64,000 bases of DNA from Setoptus koraiensis. Lineage: Eukaryota; Animalia; Arthropoda. Location of the stretch: NCBI GenBank assembly GCA_048013815.1, contig CM106586.1:22072001-22136000 (forward strand). The letters run 5' to 3'. Position 1 is the stretch's first letter, and every line of letters starts with the position of its first letter. Below, piece by piece: positions 48,261 to 64,000 of this stretch. The notes beneath the pieces were generated by a model. The model made no database searches. It saw nothing but the letters and a program-made list of their open reading frames with translations, and was not told the origin of the DNA. The position numbers were made by a program, and so were the translations under genes.

Positions 48261-48923
48261 CTTACCGATTCTATGCGCTTTACTAATAGTACTAATAGTA
48301 ATACCAATAGTAGTAGCACCGCCGCCGCCGTCTGTAATGCAATCAACAACAGCTCAACAGCACAAGAGCGCGCACACACACACACACACACAACACACTC
48401 ACACACACACACACACACACACTGTAGCAGCAGCTACAATTATGATGATACTCCTCACTTGGCACTCTTCGTGTGCGCGCCATCATGTAGCAGGTCAGCA
48501 TCGTCACTGTTGTCATTATGTTAGTCATTGTTCGTACGACGTTCACTAAACGAATGTGAACCCATACAATTCGATCGTCAATGCGCTAGTCACCAATCGT
48601 TGCTCTCATCATCATCATCCTCATCCTCATCACCGTCATAATGCACTACATAGTTGTCAGCGTCATAATAAGCGTCATGGCCGTCATGAGCGTCATGAGC
48701 ATCAAGAGCGTCGTCGTTTGTGAGTGCATGCTCGTCGCGTCATAATGTTACTCACCATCGTCATCATCATCTCTATATCATGTGTGTTTATCACAATGTT
48801 CGTCACTTAACGTCATGTCTAATATTAGCGCAATGAGAGAAAGAAAAAAGAATAAAGATTCTCAGTAGTAAGTTTGCGCCTGCCTGCCTGCCCGCCAGCC
48901 TGTCTGAATGCGTGAGACTGTAT

Positions 48924-48924
<1 letters not shown>

Positions 48925-48968
<44 letters not shown>

Positions 48969-48987
48969 GTGTGTGTGTGTGTGTGCG
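48925..48987. repeat. (GT)n microsatellite, about 31 units with one interruption
   Basis: Direct reading of the sequence. Confidence 0.95.
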
Positions 48988-50255
48988 TTGCTGTACCAAC
49001 ACATACTGCGCGCTTGTTCGCCTGTATCCCGATCAGACAATCATCATGACAAAAAGCGACTAACATGACGTTGCGAATGATGATAGTGAGCGACAAAGAG
49101 AGAGAGTTATAGTGACTAACAACTACACACATTGTGACGCGCACAATCATGACTAGCTTCATGACGATCCTGTAGAATGTGAGCATGACTATGACAGGCT
49201 TTATGACCAACACAACACAACACACAGCCAACCACCACCACCACCACCACCACCATCACCATCGCCACTGCTATCACAATTGTATGCTCAATATTTAATG
49301 GCTGTACGACGAACATGACCAACTTCATGACGATGACAATCACCAAGAACAAAATGACGGCTCTGATTAGAAACATGACAGAGCCATTCAACGTCTCTCG
49401 CTGACTCTCCTCTTTCCACATATACACACCATACCATGGCCACTAAACTATGCAGTACAGTAGAAATAGTGGAATAAGCACAGCTCTCGTTATTAGTTTG
49501 AATGCTGCTGACTATTGCTGTTGTCCAAGTGGCACGACCCTGGAACGCACGAAGCAACAAGAAGCAATGAAGATAGTCTCGACACTGCTTACTGGCCTGT
49601 ATGTATTTGTGTGCAACAAACATCGATAGCCTCCTGTATCCGTACGCAAACATAGGTGAACTTTCTGAATGCGACCTCTATCGGTCTATAATGTAAACTT
49701 GGCAATTCGTTCCAACGATAACCTAGTTGAGTCAGCTATGTTGACTCATTGCACACTGCTGTAACATCCGTTACATGGTATTAATTATCTCATCAATGAC
49801 AACCTATGCATTATCATTTTAAATTTCTAAGTAAAAATTGCCACTTAAACGAGCAATGTTCTACAATTATGTAGGCAAACACAAGAGAGTAAACGGTGTG
49901 GTAACCATTAAAGGTCACTAGACATATTTCGTGGAAACTCTCATAACTGTGTATTGAATCATAACAGAAAAATTATCGTTTCCACCATTTCGTGTCAGAC
50001 TATACTCTAGAAAAACTTAAATGAGGAGCCTCAAAAAAGCTACCTAACATTAGCAGTCAAAAAAGTTAATTTTATAACAGTAGATCGGGTGATGATTATT
50101 TTTATTTCCTGTTTCATATGCTTCTAGATACAGTTGGTGGTAGTCTTTCTGGAAAGCGAAATTGAGAATGGTGGTTGTCATGATAATAATGATAATAACA
50201 TAAGTCAGGTGGGCTTTCTTAGCTTGCTTATTGTTGTAAGCTAGCTACAACTCGG

Positions 50256-51887
<1,632 letters not shown>

Positions 51888-54800
51888 TCACGTAGGTTTT
51901 TTGTTGTTTTCAATATCAGTACAATATTTGTTGTTCTTTTAATTAGTTGTTGAAGTGATGTCGGATATTAGATGATTTCATGTAACGTAATATGTTCGAG
52001 TATGTGTGTGTATCATGTAACTATTATATTTTGTGAGATGTGGAAAATATTTTTCTAATTATTATTTTTTAACCAATTATTATTATTATTATTGTATTGT
52101 TTTTTGCTGTTGCTTATTATCCCCAGCAATGTCTGCTAATGATTAAGTTGTTGTTTTGCTCAATGTATCTCGCTCGCTGTCTATACTGTATTTAATAGAT
52201 GTTAGGTTGATGCTGTTGTTGTTGCTACTATTGCTGTTATTAGATAATAATAATTAACAACAATGGCAATAATCAATAATCTAAAATTAATCATCAATAA
52301 TAGAAATAATAGTAATAATAATAGGGAATAATAGTGGTTATAATATTATTACTATTATTATTAATAACGCTAGCGCTCTCTGCTGTGTTGATGATTCAAT
52401 ATTGAGACAGACAGGCAAACAGTCAAACAGACGGACCGGCACAGACAGTCTCTCACTACTGGCGCACACACACACTAACACAAGTATAGATAAACGCAAG
52501 AGTGGTTGGCTGTTTTTGATCAGATGTATAAATTCATGAGTTAATTCTTCTCCTTGTTGTCGTATTGATATTTTTTGTTTTTTGTTCTATATTGATGATG
52601 GCTGAGATATGGTTGAGTAATATAATATAGTACAGTAATATTTATAATAGTGATAATTATTAGTGTATAATATAATCAATTTGATATCAATTGTGTTATT
52701 TTGTATTAGAATTATTGGTTGTGCATTGCAAGACGACGACTCTTTTGGCTTGTTGTCGATACAGTGTCAGTAGGGGTCGCTTTGAACGGCGACAATTGCA
52801 TTGTCAAGGCTCGAGTGTGTCTCGTTAATAATATTTAAACTGGTCGCCGTCGTCGCGTTGAATTCTGCTGCACACACACACGCACACAATTTCTTCACTC
52901 CTCAACTTCTCTGCTCTTTTCTCTTTTTTGGCTCCTTCTGCCTGTGCTCACCATTAATTCTATTGGCTCAACTATGGTTGCAGTTTGCACTGCTGCTGCT
53001 GCTGCATGATCGTTGATTTGGCCGAATGTCGCTGCTACTCCCAGTGTGTGTGTGTGTCTAGCATAAAGTCCATGGCTTACACAGTGTGTGTGTGTGTGTG
53101 CCAATGAGACGGCTCCATCAGCGTTGGCATTGCCAACGCTGGCGTTGCCAGTGCTGCTGCAGCGCACAGCGAACATATGATACCTGTTCGTTCGATTTAC
53201 AAACACAGACATACAGACACTTTTAGTGGCGCTCTCTCTCTCTCTTGTTGTATGCTTACTGTTGCTCCTTATCGTTCTCTTCCTCATCACCATCTTCATT
53301 GTCATGGGGCGCGTCATGATCGTCATGACCGTCGCATTGTGAACGAGAGACCAAGAGGCAAGCGAAGGGAATCTCATTCTTCCAGCACACACACACTAGC
53401 TGCTAGCGACTAGCTGCTAGCGACTAGCAGACAGAGCAGAGGCAGCAGCAGCAGCAGCATCAGCACATGGACAACAGTGCTACACTACTAAATACTCGGT
53501 GCTTGCACGCTTGTTACACTAGCGCCGATGACGCTTGCTGCTGCTATTGCTGTTGTTGTTATTGTTGTTGCTACATTAGTGGCACACACAGATTAACTAG
53601 CGATGCACCGTCGAACTATTCGTCAATGCATTTTTTCTCTCTCGCTCGCACATTGTCCGACGCACACACACACTGAGTGAGTCAGCCACTGAGACGCACA
53701 CACATGATTCACAGGACACGATGATGAGGTGCACAAACATACTTACATATAGTGCAATGGTGGCGCTGGTTGCAGCGTCAGTAGTGGCGGCAGTGCTGGC
53801 GGTGCTAGTGGTGCTGGTGGTGCTAGTGGCACGGTGGTGCAGAAGGGACTACAATTGCAACTGCTGCAACGAGAAGCGCAACCCAAGACAACATGCGGCA
53901 CAAAGTAGTGTAGTAATGGTTGCGCGCCAACTGTTGTACATTCATCGACACACACACAACAGAGTGACCGCTTAAATGTTGTTTAGAACGTGCGACACGG
54001 CGCGCTCACACTCGAACACGCTAACTCACCAACACTCCTACTCTCTATCGCATACTTTATCCTGCATGGTGTATTCCATATCATGTGTGTGCTCTTGTTC
54101 CCCCCGCGTGTGTGTGTGTGTGTGTGTTTCCCCCAAACTCGGGCTCTAACAGAACAAAATTGACGACGGCAGCGCTGTTTGGTTATATGTTATGTTTGAC
54201 TCACTGACTGAGTGATCTCGTCGTTGGCGCTCTTACAATCTGCACCATACCCACACTGACACTTTACCATGCACTGCCAATGCTGTGCGCCGCAAGCACC
54301 AACGCGAAGAATATTTTACAGGGGGCACACCATCGCTGGGAGACGCATAGGGTGTGAGGAGCAAATGACCAACTTTCTGCAGATAACGCCGCGCGCCTCT
54401 CGCAATGCATTCTATCAGATGCACAGCAGAAGCCACGCAGGCACAGAGTGACAATCTGAGAGTGTGCACTGGCACACGGTGCGCCTGCAGCCTGCAGCAG
54501 CACTCACAGCATACAGTAGTATAAAGCGCGCACAAAGCACCCGAAATGCGAGTTCTGTGCTGCCACGCTGCACAGGTGGTAGCAGAGCAATGTGTGCATA
54601 AGGAGCAGCACTAAAAAGCACACACGCAGCCGGTGCATCTCTCCGCGTTGAAATATACGCCCATTTGCCCGTGCGCACTTGCAAGGGTCCCTCTCGAATC
54701 GAGAGTCTCGATTCCTAGTGAAGTGAATGCATGGATTGCACATAACTCTTCTCGCCAACCAAGGGACTTTCCCTCGTTTTTTTCTGAATTTTTTCCCAAA

Positions 54801-57196
54801 ATTCATTTTGCACCAACGCCATGCGAGCGTGCCTACGGCAAATGCATTCGAACAGGTTCGTGCTCTCGCATTGTTGTTCACCATATGCCAGCATATTGGA
54901 ATTTCTCCGAAAAATTCGAACTCAACTCCCGGTTCCTCTTCCTGGGCGAGAGAAAGCGAGAGAGAGAGAGCCCTTTGTCATACAAGAGAGTGATCAAAAA
55001 CCCCGTCCACTGTGCCGCTGTAGATCTGTTACCGGACACTGTGAAGTTCTCACAAGGAAACCTCCCCAGCTGATAGACAGTGTGAACACTGTTCGTTGGA
55101 CGGCAGTGTGTCGCGGCCACGGGCCGATGTTAAGCCTTTATTGGTAGTTTGATCGGGGTATTTTGAACTTGGCAACGGGCGCATGCCAACGAAGAGGCGC
55201 CGTCGGACCGGCGGCGGAAAAGCCCATTTGGCCAGTGTGGTCGCTGTGAGTCAGCTCTGATCGTGGCCACAGAATACAGGTGCCAGCTCTGTGAAGGCTG
55301 CATGCAGCATAATCAGCTTACAAGTTGGTTGGGGCAAAAACGAAACCATTTGGCTTTGGGCTTCTCTCTTTTCCCCATTGTGTATCAACGTTCAGCAGCA
55401 ACGGCCTAGTGAGCAGCCATGATCTTGCACTGTAATACGCTATGAATACTCATGAATACTCATACGGCGATATACACAGGTCCTACTTGGATCGAGCTAG
55501 GTCTGAGATCGGACTAGCCCATTGTAAGCTCCGATGAGTTGCTGTGGCATACAATTTGTAGTGCCCTAGAATGAGTTGCACCAGCCTAACAATTGCAGCC
55601 TGCAGCCTGTGTTTACATGTGTGTGTATCGGCGCCTAACAAGTTGTAAATTAGACCTAAATGTGTACGGCGGTGATAGTTTGTATATAGTGTACAGTGAG
55701 TTGCAGACAAAAGTAGTATGGCGGCGTTCGAACTTGGAACAAGTTTTGCGTCAACCAGTGCCGGCGTCACGTGAAGCGTCACTGCCGTCACGTCCATGGT
55801 AGAGGGTGAAGCGTTGCACAAACAAGAACATTGGACAACTGCACCATCGAACTAAAGATTGGTTAGTTCGATAATGGTGCAGCAGCAACAGCAGCACATG
55901 CAAGTGTGCAACTCGCACAGATGGAACTGCAACCAGATGCAATGGTCGACACGAATGGGGATAGCAATTGTGTGGGGGATGATACATCCATCAGCGGCTT
56001 ATGATCAGCCAAATGCTAACGCTTTTGGCGAGCGCGAGGGGCAACGCACTGACGCCAGCCCCAACTCTCTGACGAACTTTTGTCTGTCTGTCTGGTCTGG
56101 CACGGAAGTTCCGTTTTGCGAGTTGCGCCCCCTTGCGACAGTGCAAACACAAAGGCATGAATATATATTCTATTTTACAAACATAATTTAGGGAGGGGAA
56201 CAAGTTGAAATATTAAAAATTAAACGCTTACAATATAAAATAAAATAATACACACGAAATAGTTGTTAGTTAGTCGGAGTGATAATATCAACGTGAAGAT
56301 CATCGCCTGTTACAAGTTGATGTAGATACGATAAACAACAAACAACAACAACAACAACAACAAGTAGCTAACAATGGCTGGAGCGATGTAATCGTTGTGA
56401 GCACAAACACATTATTATATTAATAAACTACGTAAACAACAACAACAACAGCACAACATTGATGATGATGTTGGTTGTTATAATAATTCATGGCACTAAT
56501 TCCACTTGTTCCAAGCAACAAATAGCGAGCGTAGTAGACTCCTAGCCGCAGAGTATTTCCACTTATAATTTTATCAGATAGCAATGAGTTCACATATAGC
56601 AGCAGCAGCAGATGAGCATTCACAACAAAAATAATCATCAGTTTTAATTCAATTCATCTTCTCTCACTACTACTACAACACACACTGCTAACTGTATACA
56701 TATACAGTGCGAATGCCAGTTTATTGCCAGTTGCCAGTTGCAACTTTGGATAGCTTTAGCTCTATTAACGAATTTAACTTCAACTCTAACAATTATTATC
56801 AATATTAAGTAGTCGTAGTGATCATAGAGCTGTATGGCTGATTTACAAGCGCCATGCCGTTGTGCCCGACACTATTGACTATTATGATAGTCAACAACAA
56901 CAACAGTCTCTGCCATGTTTGTCTCATGCTGATTATAGATCATTGATCACAACAGTGCCAAGCTATCTAGGATATTGATGTTGTCCTTTAAACAAAAACA
57001 ACAACAACAACAACGTTGAGTGAACGTATAGTTGTTGTTGCAAGACCAAAACAAGTCGACTATTGACTAGTCACTATTGATTAGCGCTAGCTTTGCATGT
57101 CTCCTCTTGCTGCCAGTGGTTGCTTGTTGGTTATTATGTCACCATGATACTGATGTAATTAATAATAATATTATATTTTTATTTCTATTTTGGCTT

Positions 57197-57203
57197 ACAA
57201 CAA

Positions 57204-57247
<44 letters not shown>

Positions 57248-57260
57248 GCAACAACAACAA
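57197..57260. repeat. (CAA)n microsatellite
   Basis: acaacaacaacaacaacaacaacaacatcaacaacaac... Confidence 0.9.
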
Positions 57261-57928
57261 TAATATACCCATGATATCAGTTAGAGCTGCAATCGTTACT
57301 AAATACTGCTACAGTATGCTCGCCTATACAGTACTAATAATAATACAGTATACTACACTATAATATACTGTGTAATATGTGTGCTATATGGTAGATGTAG
57401 TGTGTTATTAAATAGTCTACTTGTTATAATCGCTATTGAAATATGCGCTTTTTTAACATCAAGTGCATACAGTGGGCACAAGGCATGAATATCGTCATCA
57501 CCAACTCATAAGCCAGCTAGATGTGACTATTCTATTGAGCGACGACTGTCACGTCACGTTTGTTCGCCACTCATGCGACTTTTCTATCTTTTCTAGCACT
57601 AGCTCGACGGCTGCTAGCTAGACCAACGGTCTTGGCTAACTCTTGCAGCCCGCACCGTTCATGCTAGCTGCCTATCACAATAGTGCATTATAGTGACAGC
57701 GGCAGGTGAACGGGGATGGAAGGGGAAGGATGGGGGCAGGGAAGCTTCCTGAAACAGAGTATAGGTTACTCACTTTACGTAATCAAGGACGGACATGAAG
57801 AGTGGTGAACATTTGCGCCAGTTTGCGTCGAATCGAGTCGAGTCGCATTGGCAGTGTGTCTTTATTTAGTAGAGGCTTGTGGATTTATTTAGTAGTTGCA
57901 TTCGCAAGCCGTATTCAATGGAGATGGA

Positions 57929-57933
57929 GCGAG

Positions 57934-57965
<32 letters not shown>

Positions 57966-57985
57966 TGTGTGTGCGTGTGTGTGTG
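57929..57985. repeat. Compound (GA)n(GT)n microsatellite
   Basis: gcgagagatagatagagagagagagagagagagagtgtgtgtgcgtgtgtgtgtg. Confidence 0.9.
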
Positions 57986-59020
57986 TAAGTGTATGCGTTG
58001 TGAGCAAGTGCAGCACCACTTATGACTTGGTTGGTGAGTGATATCAGCACTACGGGCTACACTGTTGGCGAATGTTCCAACTTTCCAATGGCCGCATCCT
58101 AATTTTAAGCCGCCGTTGTAGCTGTTGTGTGATGCTGTTGGCTCAAGTGGATGATGAGAGAGGGAGAGGGAAGCAAAGAATTTTGTTTGTGTCCGCCTGG
58201 CGGACCAAATGCGTGGTTCTACCATCTTTTATTGACCATCTACATCCAGTGCAAAGCCAATGCAACATCAACAACGAGAGCAACTGCAACAGCACACTGT
58301 AATATGTTTGCTCTGCCCCCAGTGGCTGTCAGTTGCTACTTCGAAGCTGCCACCAATCTTGGCTGCTGCAATGTCGCTCTTCTCGCTGTTGATGCTGGCT
58401 GGTCGTTGCTGTCGGTAGTTGTGTTGGCAGTAGGCAGTTGTTGTGTGTAGTTGTGTTGGTGGTAGGCAGTTGGCGCAGTTGGCACAAACAAGAAAGGGGA
58501 AAGGCTCACAAAGTCATGATGCCATCAATGATACTAGTGCTGTACTTGCCCCTGTCCACTGTCCACAGCAAGTATATGCAATCTGCCTGTATTTAGCGGT
58601 TCAGCATCGCAGCACCACACTGGCGACTTTTGATCGTATCAACGTCATCTAGTGAGAGTCACGGTCATTCAGCTGACCATAAAGACTATATAATCACTGC
58701 GTTGCAGTCACTAGTGACTAGAGACTGGTGACTTGTGACGGGCAACCTCCCTATTGGGCCACATCTATCTGTCTTTTGATCTGGCAAGCTTGCCAACGAA
58801 TAATAACTAGCCACTCATGCCACTAGAACTGGTATTCGCTCGCTTCTGGTTTACGTGACGGCAAGCGTATTGTTGCAGCAGGCAAGCAAGGAAACAAATG
58901 GTGTCAAATAGCTTTGCCCCAGAGGGCAGCACCAAATTGCCATATTGTGGTCGCTTCCGCCTTGCAACGGCATGCGAGCCGGCCAAGCACAACTTGCCCC
59001 AGTGACACTTGTTATCCACG

Positions 59021-59050
59021 GTTGTTGTTGTTGTTGTTGTTGTTGTTGTT
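59021..59050. repeat. (GTT)n microsatellite, about 10 units
   Basis: Direct reading of the sequence. Confidence 0.9.
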
Positions 59051-60409
59051 GCTGTTCCTGTTTGATGGTTGTAGGTTGTAGGATGGAAATCAAACGTTAT
59101 TTTGTCAAACGTTGCTCGTCGGACATGTTAACGGGTGTCCAACGAACCACCAGATTCCAGCGCCAACATTGTAACAAGCAACAACAATCAATTAGATCAG
59201 ATGGAGATACATTGGTACACAAATTCATACACAAACACTTTGGAATGTGAGCCATAGATTTCGTAAACGATAAACGACAAGACTAACGCTGATAAATTCT
59301 CGTAATTCTAGCATTAGTCGGAGGTGTTGCTACAACTGTCTGTAGTGTTTGCTGAATGAAGCCGTGATTTTAGTCACACAGTGGCGCCATCTTCAGTCGC
59401 ATATCACAATTGCTGCATTTGAAAGTTCGGTTTGTTCAGAGAGTTTTAGAAAGTTTAGAATCTTGAACTGTCACGACAATTTGGTTTGATTAAGGGAGGG
59501 GGTGCTCTATTTACCTAAAGTGAAGCTAATTGATTTGAACGCTCAGATTTTCTTCTTATCGATGTATTCTGGTAGACCGGGATGAGCTGGGTCGATACAC
59601 ATCACCGAGCCTGTTGTTGATTTCGATTTTTTCTAGAGCGACAAACACCACTGCATGTTCAGATAGCTGCAAATGAGCTCAAATGGTGGCCGTTGAAGCC
59701 ACTAATAAGCCAACAGATAAAATGTGGCTCGCCATAGTAATGGGATAATTCTCAACTCGTGAACAACAATCGACGCACACTGTTGATCCTTAGAAACTTT
59801 CTACCCGTGAAATGCTCGCCTTCAAGATACTTTTAGATATATATCCTTTCATATACTCTGACAAGTTTGTCGCATCCAAATTCTCGGCGAAACCCTCACT
59901 ATTCATGCAGATCGTTCTCGCATTCTACTGGATCGAAAAGTTTAACCGCCAGAGGCGATCAATAGTGTTTGACGGATTATCTAGATAATGATACAGTATA
60001 GGGGCATAGAAATTGTGCATTTCTCTCAGATCGATAGTTAATTTTTGAAAGTCATATTCCGATGAGTGCATCTGACTTTGATTATTGCTGGAGAGCGTCG
60101 AGAAAAAGTTATGTTAGTTTCGGTATTGCACTGCTGAACACTGATCGCATTCACATTGAACTTTGCTGTGGCATCAAGAAAGCCATATTTCTTACCAGAC
60201 AATCGCTTCGATAGATTAATTGATGATCATAAATGATGGCAAGATCTTGTCGCGTCGCAGTTTATTCATGAATGCTATTGTTTTAGCGGGGAACAGGTTT
60301 ATCGAGGCGCATCAGTCAACTTTACTTGTAGACTGATGCGACAGCAGTGTTGGCTGATTCTCTGGCTAAATTACGTCAAGATGTTGATGGTACTTTATTC
60401 ATAAGTTGT

Positions 60410-63249
60410 TTATTTGGTTTTCTTTAATCGGTTATTTGAGTTTAAATGAGTATTATCAGAATATAATGCTTTGTGGTTCAGATCAGATTGGGAGCTTTTG
60501 TTTGGATGCAACACTAAACGAACCAATCTGTCTATGGGGTACTCGACGCTGACGTAAGTGATTACGGCCAATAATAAGCTATAAATGTAAATAATACACG
60601 AAGATTCAAATAGTCCAGGAGGTGATAGAAATTGCTCGGTCAAAGAAGCTTTGAGCATAATAACCAAACAATGACTCATTAGGATTGAATAATTCAATTT
60701 AGATAACACTCTCCAAATTGGTAGTGCTAAAAATTTACCAAATGTGCTGTTCTGTTTGTCCGTGATTAGTCTAATCACCACAATGGCCTGTAGTGAGGAC
60801 CAAACAAATCGCTGCCAGCTGTAATTGAGAAAGAATAAGTCCTTTGTCATCACAGTTATTCCAAATTTCGTTAGTAGCGGATTCCAATAATGGTAGGAGG
60901 AAGTAAAAAATATCACAAACACAAGTGCAATATTAGAGCAAATGTACAAATTATTGCTAGCCAACCAAACTGGCCAGTAGCTTGCCCTATTTTGCACTTG
61001 CTTGATTGGCTGTCTAGAGTGAACGTCATAGAGATATAGTTGATGACCAAGTATGGCACTCATCAAGAATATAAACACTCTAGATAGGATTGAGGTGTAA
61101 GGCAAACTGGTGAATTTGAACATCTTTATCGCAACACTGACACTCATTGATGACACCTCTTCTTCCGTAAATAAGTGTTCGTAGCATCTGATGGCATAGT
61201 AACCCATCTGTAGACTCAATAGGCAGAGGATGCCACACAACAGGTAGGCGAGTCGATGTTTCCTGGTATTATCAGTTGGAATTTCAGACAGAGATTAAAT
61301 ATAAATTAATTTAAATTGATCAAGCTATAAACAGTCTGCTGATTTATTCCCTATACTCACCGCATTGTCAACAGTATCAGTGGACCCAGAATAACGGTTG
61401 ACTGTATGTCAATAGAAACGGACCAACCTTGAGGTAACGCTGTCTTAGGTAATGGTACCGTATTAGACAAGGTTAGCAAGACCTTAGGCCAAGAATCAAA
61501 TTTACTGTATGCCAAATGATAGCCTTTGTTTGAAGTGGCATAATCCCATACTGGTCCATGAGAAATGTATTTCAATACAAATCTGATAAATAACTGATAC
61601 AACAAATACAACGGCATCAATCTTAAGTACCTCGAAATGGTGAATTTGATGCAAAATTTGATCGATCCGACAAATGATAGTGGCTCAAAGTGTCCACTTG
61701 GATCCTGATGCTGTGCCACTGTTGTTGTCCTCTTCTCTGACCTTTTCAGTGTCAGAAATACCATTAGTATTCCGGATATAACGAACAATGTGTCAATAAA
61801 CAAATTGAAAGACATGCACATCAACACCTTGCTGCTTCCCTCCAACTCGTCTCTGTAAAATTCCAATCTATCACCTGTCGCAAAGGCGATATACATGAAA
61901 GAGTGTCCTATTACCACACAAATCATTACTATCACCTTGATTCCGGCAAGAGGATCAAAGTTCACTCGATTTGTCTCTATTCCAACATCCTCACCTACGT
62001 TGATATCGGCTGAATTTTGCGCATCAGCTGTGGTTTCCTTCGAACTAGCTCGATAATTTGTTGTGGACCTCGAGTTCACTAGCAATAAGTCCGCAAACGC
62101 TTTCCTCAAGCTCAGCGCTTCGTAAATGGGATCATATTTTGACGTAGCTTGCTTTGTGTTCATCGTGTCCGAGTTCAAGCGATGTTCGTATTTGTAGCTG
62201 CCAATCAAAAGCAACAGTGACCAAAATATTGCGAGTGCAATCACACTATTTGCTTTCCCATCCAACTGACGCAACGGACTTCTCTCATCGGGCAAACAAT
62301 AAGTGTTGTCTAAATTTAATTGTTTTTTGAAGTATCTCTCTGGCAAGTTGACAAGCATAAGTTGTTGGACGAAGTCTTTCAACGTTTTGTCTTCATTCAG
62401 TGATCTGGTGTCACAAGACTCGGGCAAACAAAGACCAAAATGAAGATACGGTTCGTAATAGGGATCGGATTCTGGGGACAATTTCAATTGAGACCAGGCA
62501 TTCAGACGTGCACTGCCCACACAATATCTCATGCTTATGGGGCCCGACTGTTGATCTCTGAGATGTGTCAAGCGAGTTCTCAGACACTGACCATAGCTAC
62601 CTAAAAAAACACTTGCACTCGTTAGAACCTGCCCATTGGTGGGACTGCCAAAGGTATTCAAATAATCATTAAACTCCACACTTGTTTGATAACTATTCCG
62701 TCTCTCAACTTCCTCTGGCCCTTGATATTTGAAAATATTTCTCACTGGTTCGACATTATCGTAATTCAATTGTTGAACGATCAATTTGAGATGGTCGTAG
62801 CATTGTCGTTTGTTAGCCACTGGCAAGGCGCTGACATCTAGTTGATTCTTGTCATCATCTGAGTCATATGCAAAGGTCATGTAATTGTTTGGTGTCAACA
62901 AGTTCTTAGTGTAAATCAGATCATAATATCGTCTCTCAATTGATGCATACTCTATAAATGATTCTTTTGTCTCATTGAGAAACGCCAAATTTAACCCGTT
63001 CACCACCAGGTTGGTTGCTCGTTGAGCTGCTAGATTATCTGTTGCAGTGGCACACTGATGATTGTCATTGTCCGTCTCGTTTGTGACGCAATAATTTCCG
63101 TTGTTGAGACTCGCTTCTTCATCTGAGGTCACCTGTCTGACGCCAAAGCTAGAGAGTTGTTGTGGCGATACATTTTGAGCTTGATGGCCCAAAATGATGG
63201 TGGCTATCGCGAACAATATTAGGCCAAAGGAACTATTATATCTCGCCAT
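60410..63249 (-). CDS. Second NRF-6-like acyltransferase-3 protein, about 913 aa; complement(join(60410..61262,61361..63249))
   Basis: Signal peptide; NRF domain (FLGSYGQC, RYCVG, GLCLPESC); AGIKVIVMICVVIGH, DTLFVISG, RYLRLMP, WSVSIDIQ, LSKLNYSILMSH, SVEYPI; CG|GTGAGT...CCAG|G 98-nt intron joins the two ORFs in frame. Confidence 0.9.
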
Positions 63250-64000
63250 GCTGATATAGTGTTTGTAATAACTTATTAACTATAGTGGATTGTCATTTTC
63301 GTTGTACGGCATTTTTCCTTTTATTAATTGCTGCGTTCTGCAATAACACTAGAACGCTAGTGTGTGTCCTTGAATAGTTAGTTATCGATTAAACACACAT
63401 CAACACATTACTGACTGATGACTTTCCCCGTTCAGTAATGCCGATTAGTATTATTATTATCCACAATCACCAATTCGTCGTGATGGATAATCGACAAGAT
63501 AAACTAGAGATAAAGAGTGCGCGCGTATTTCCCTCTTGCTGCACTCATTATTTGAATGCTGCTTTGGTGTATCATCTTAGTGACACCTGACACCAAATAG
63601 ACCTTAGCCGGGATATTATCAGATAGAGACATGCGGGCTAGATAGATTGTAGATTAGATTGGGGTGCATCAATGCATTTTTGCCGGGTCATACAGCAGAG
63701 CAACAAGCATAATGATAATTAGCCATTAATTAATACCGCCAAGTGCACCTTTGGTACTCTATGGGAGGTGCTAGTAGTTTAGCTTTCAAACTATTGACTC
63801 CCAGACAGTTGTTCATTGGGCAGTGAGGTAAAATCGGTCACTGTTGTCCATTTGAGTAGATGGCGACAATAGACAATGTAACAATCAGAGTGCTGCTGAT
63901 ATTTTTGTGCGGAGACACAAAAATATCAGCAGATTAGAGTGTTGATTATCAGAATTAGTATTGATTGGAGTTACTGGATGAACTGACTCAGTTTCTGGTG

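Noticed and set aside
47349-49653. Many short ORFs upstream of CtBP copy 1
   Set aside because: Translations of CA/GT and GCT microsatellites (THTH, CVCV, poly-L/C)
52801-59250. Short overlapping ORFs upstream of CtBP copy 2, including the 146-aa ORF at 54633
   Set aside because: No family motifs, non-ATG starts and no consistent splice chain; treated as non-coding

Overview
Eukaryotic nuclear DNA from a compact, intron-poor arthropod genome. A chitin-binding cuticle protein, many single-exon housekeeping genes and introns of about 80-110 nt are consistent with a mite, possibly eriophyoid; the taxon is an inference. Genes in order: 3' end of MFE-2/HSD17B4, gamma-SNAP, a truncated fast-evolving PP2A-B56 paralogue, MTG1, full-length PP2A-B56, adducin/hts, glutathione synthetase, COX11, SMIM13, a Q/N-rich orphan secreted protein, a small secreted peptide with an RFamide-like motif, TIMELESS/timeout, USP12/46, a VKORC1-like protein, a coiled-coil-only TSC1-like ORF, ARPC3, ADAT3, an R&R cuticle protein, an NRF-6-like acyltransferase, two tandem CtBP genes and a second NRF-6-like gene. 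Long microsatellite-rich non-coding tracts lie upstream of adducin and of each CtBP. I found no supportable rRNA, tRNA, CRISPR array or intact transposon. Top leads: (1) the B56 duplicate, whose exons have diverged more than its introns; (2) an unannotated two-exon secreted ...HPRF-G-R peptide; (3) patchwork gene conversion between the CtBP copies; (4) apparent domain or catalytic-residue losses in TSC1, TIMELESS, NRF-6 and VKOR. All gene identities come from motif recognition by eye, not database searches.
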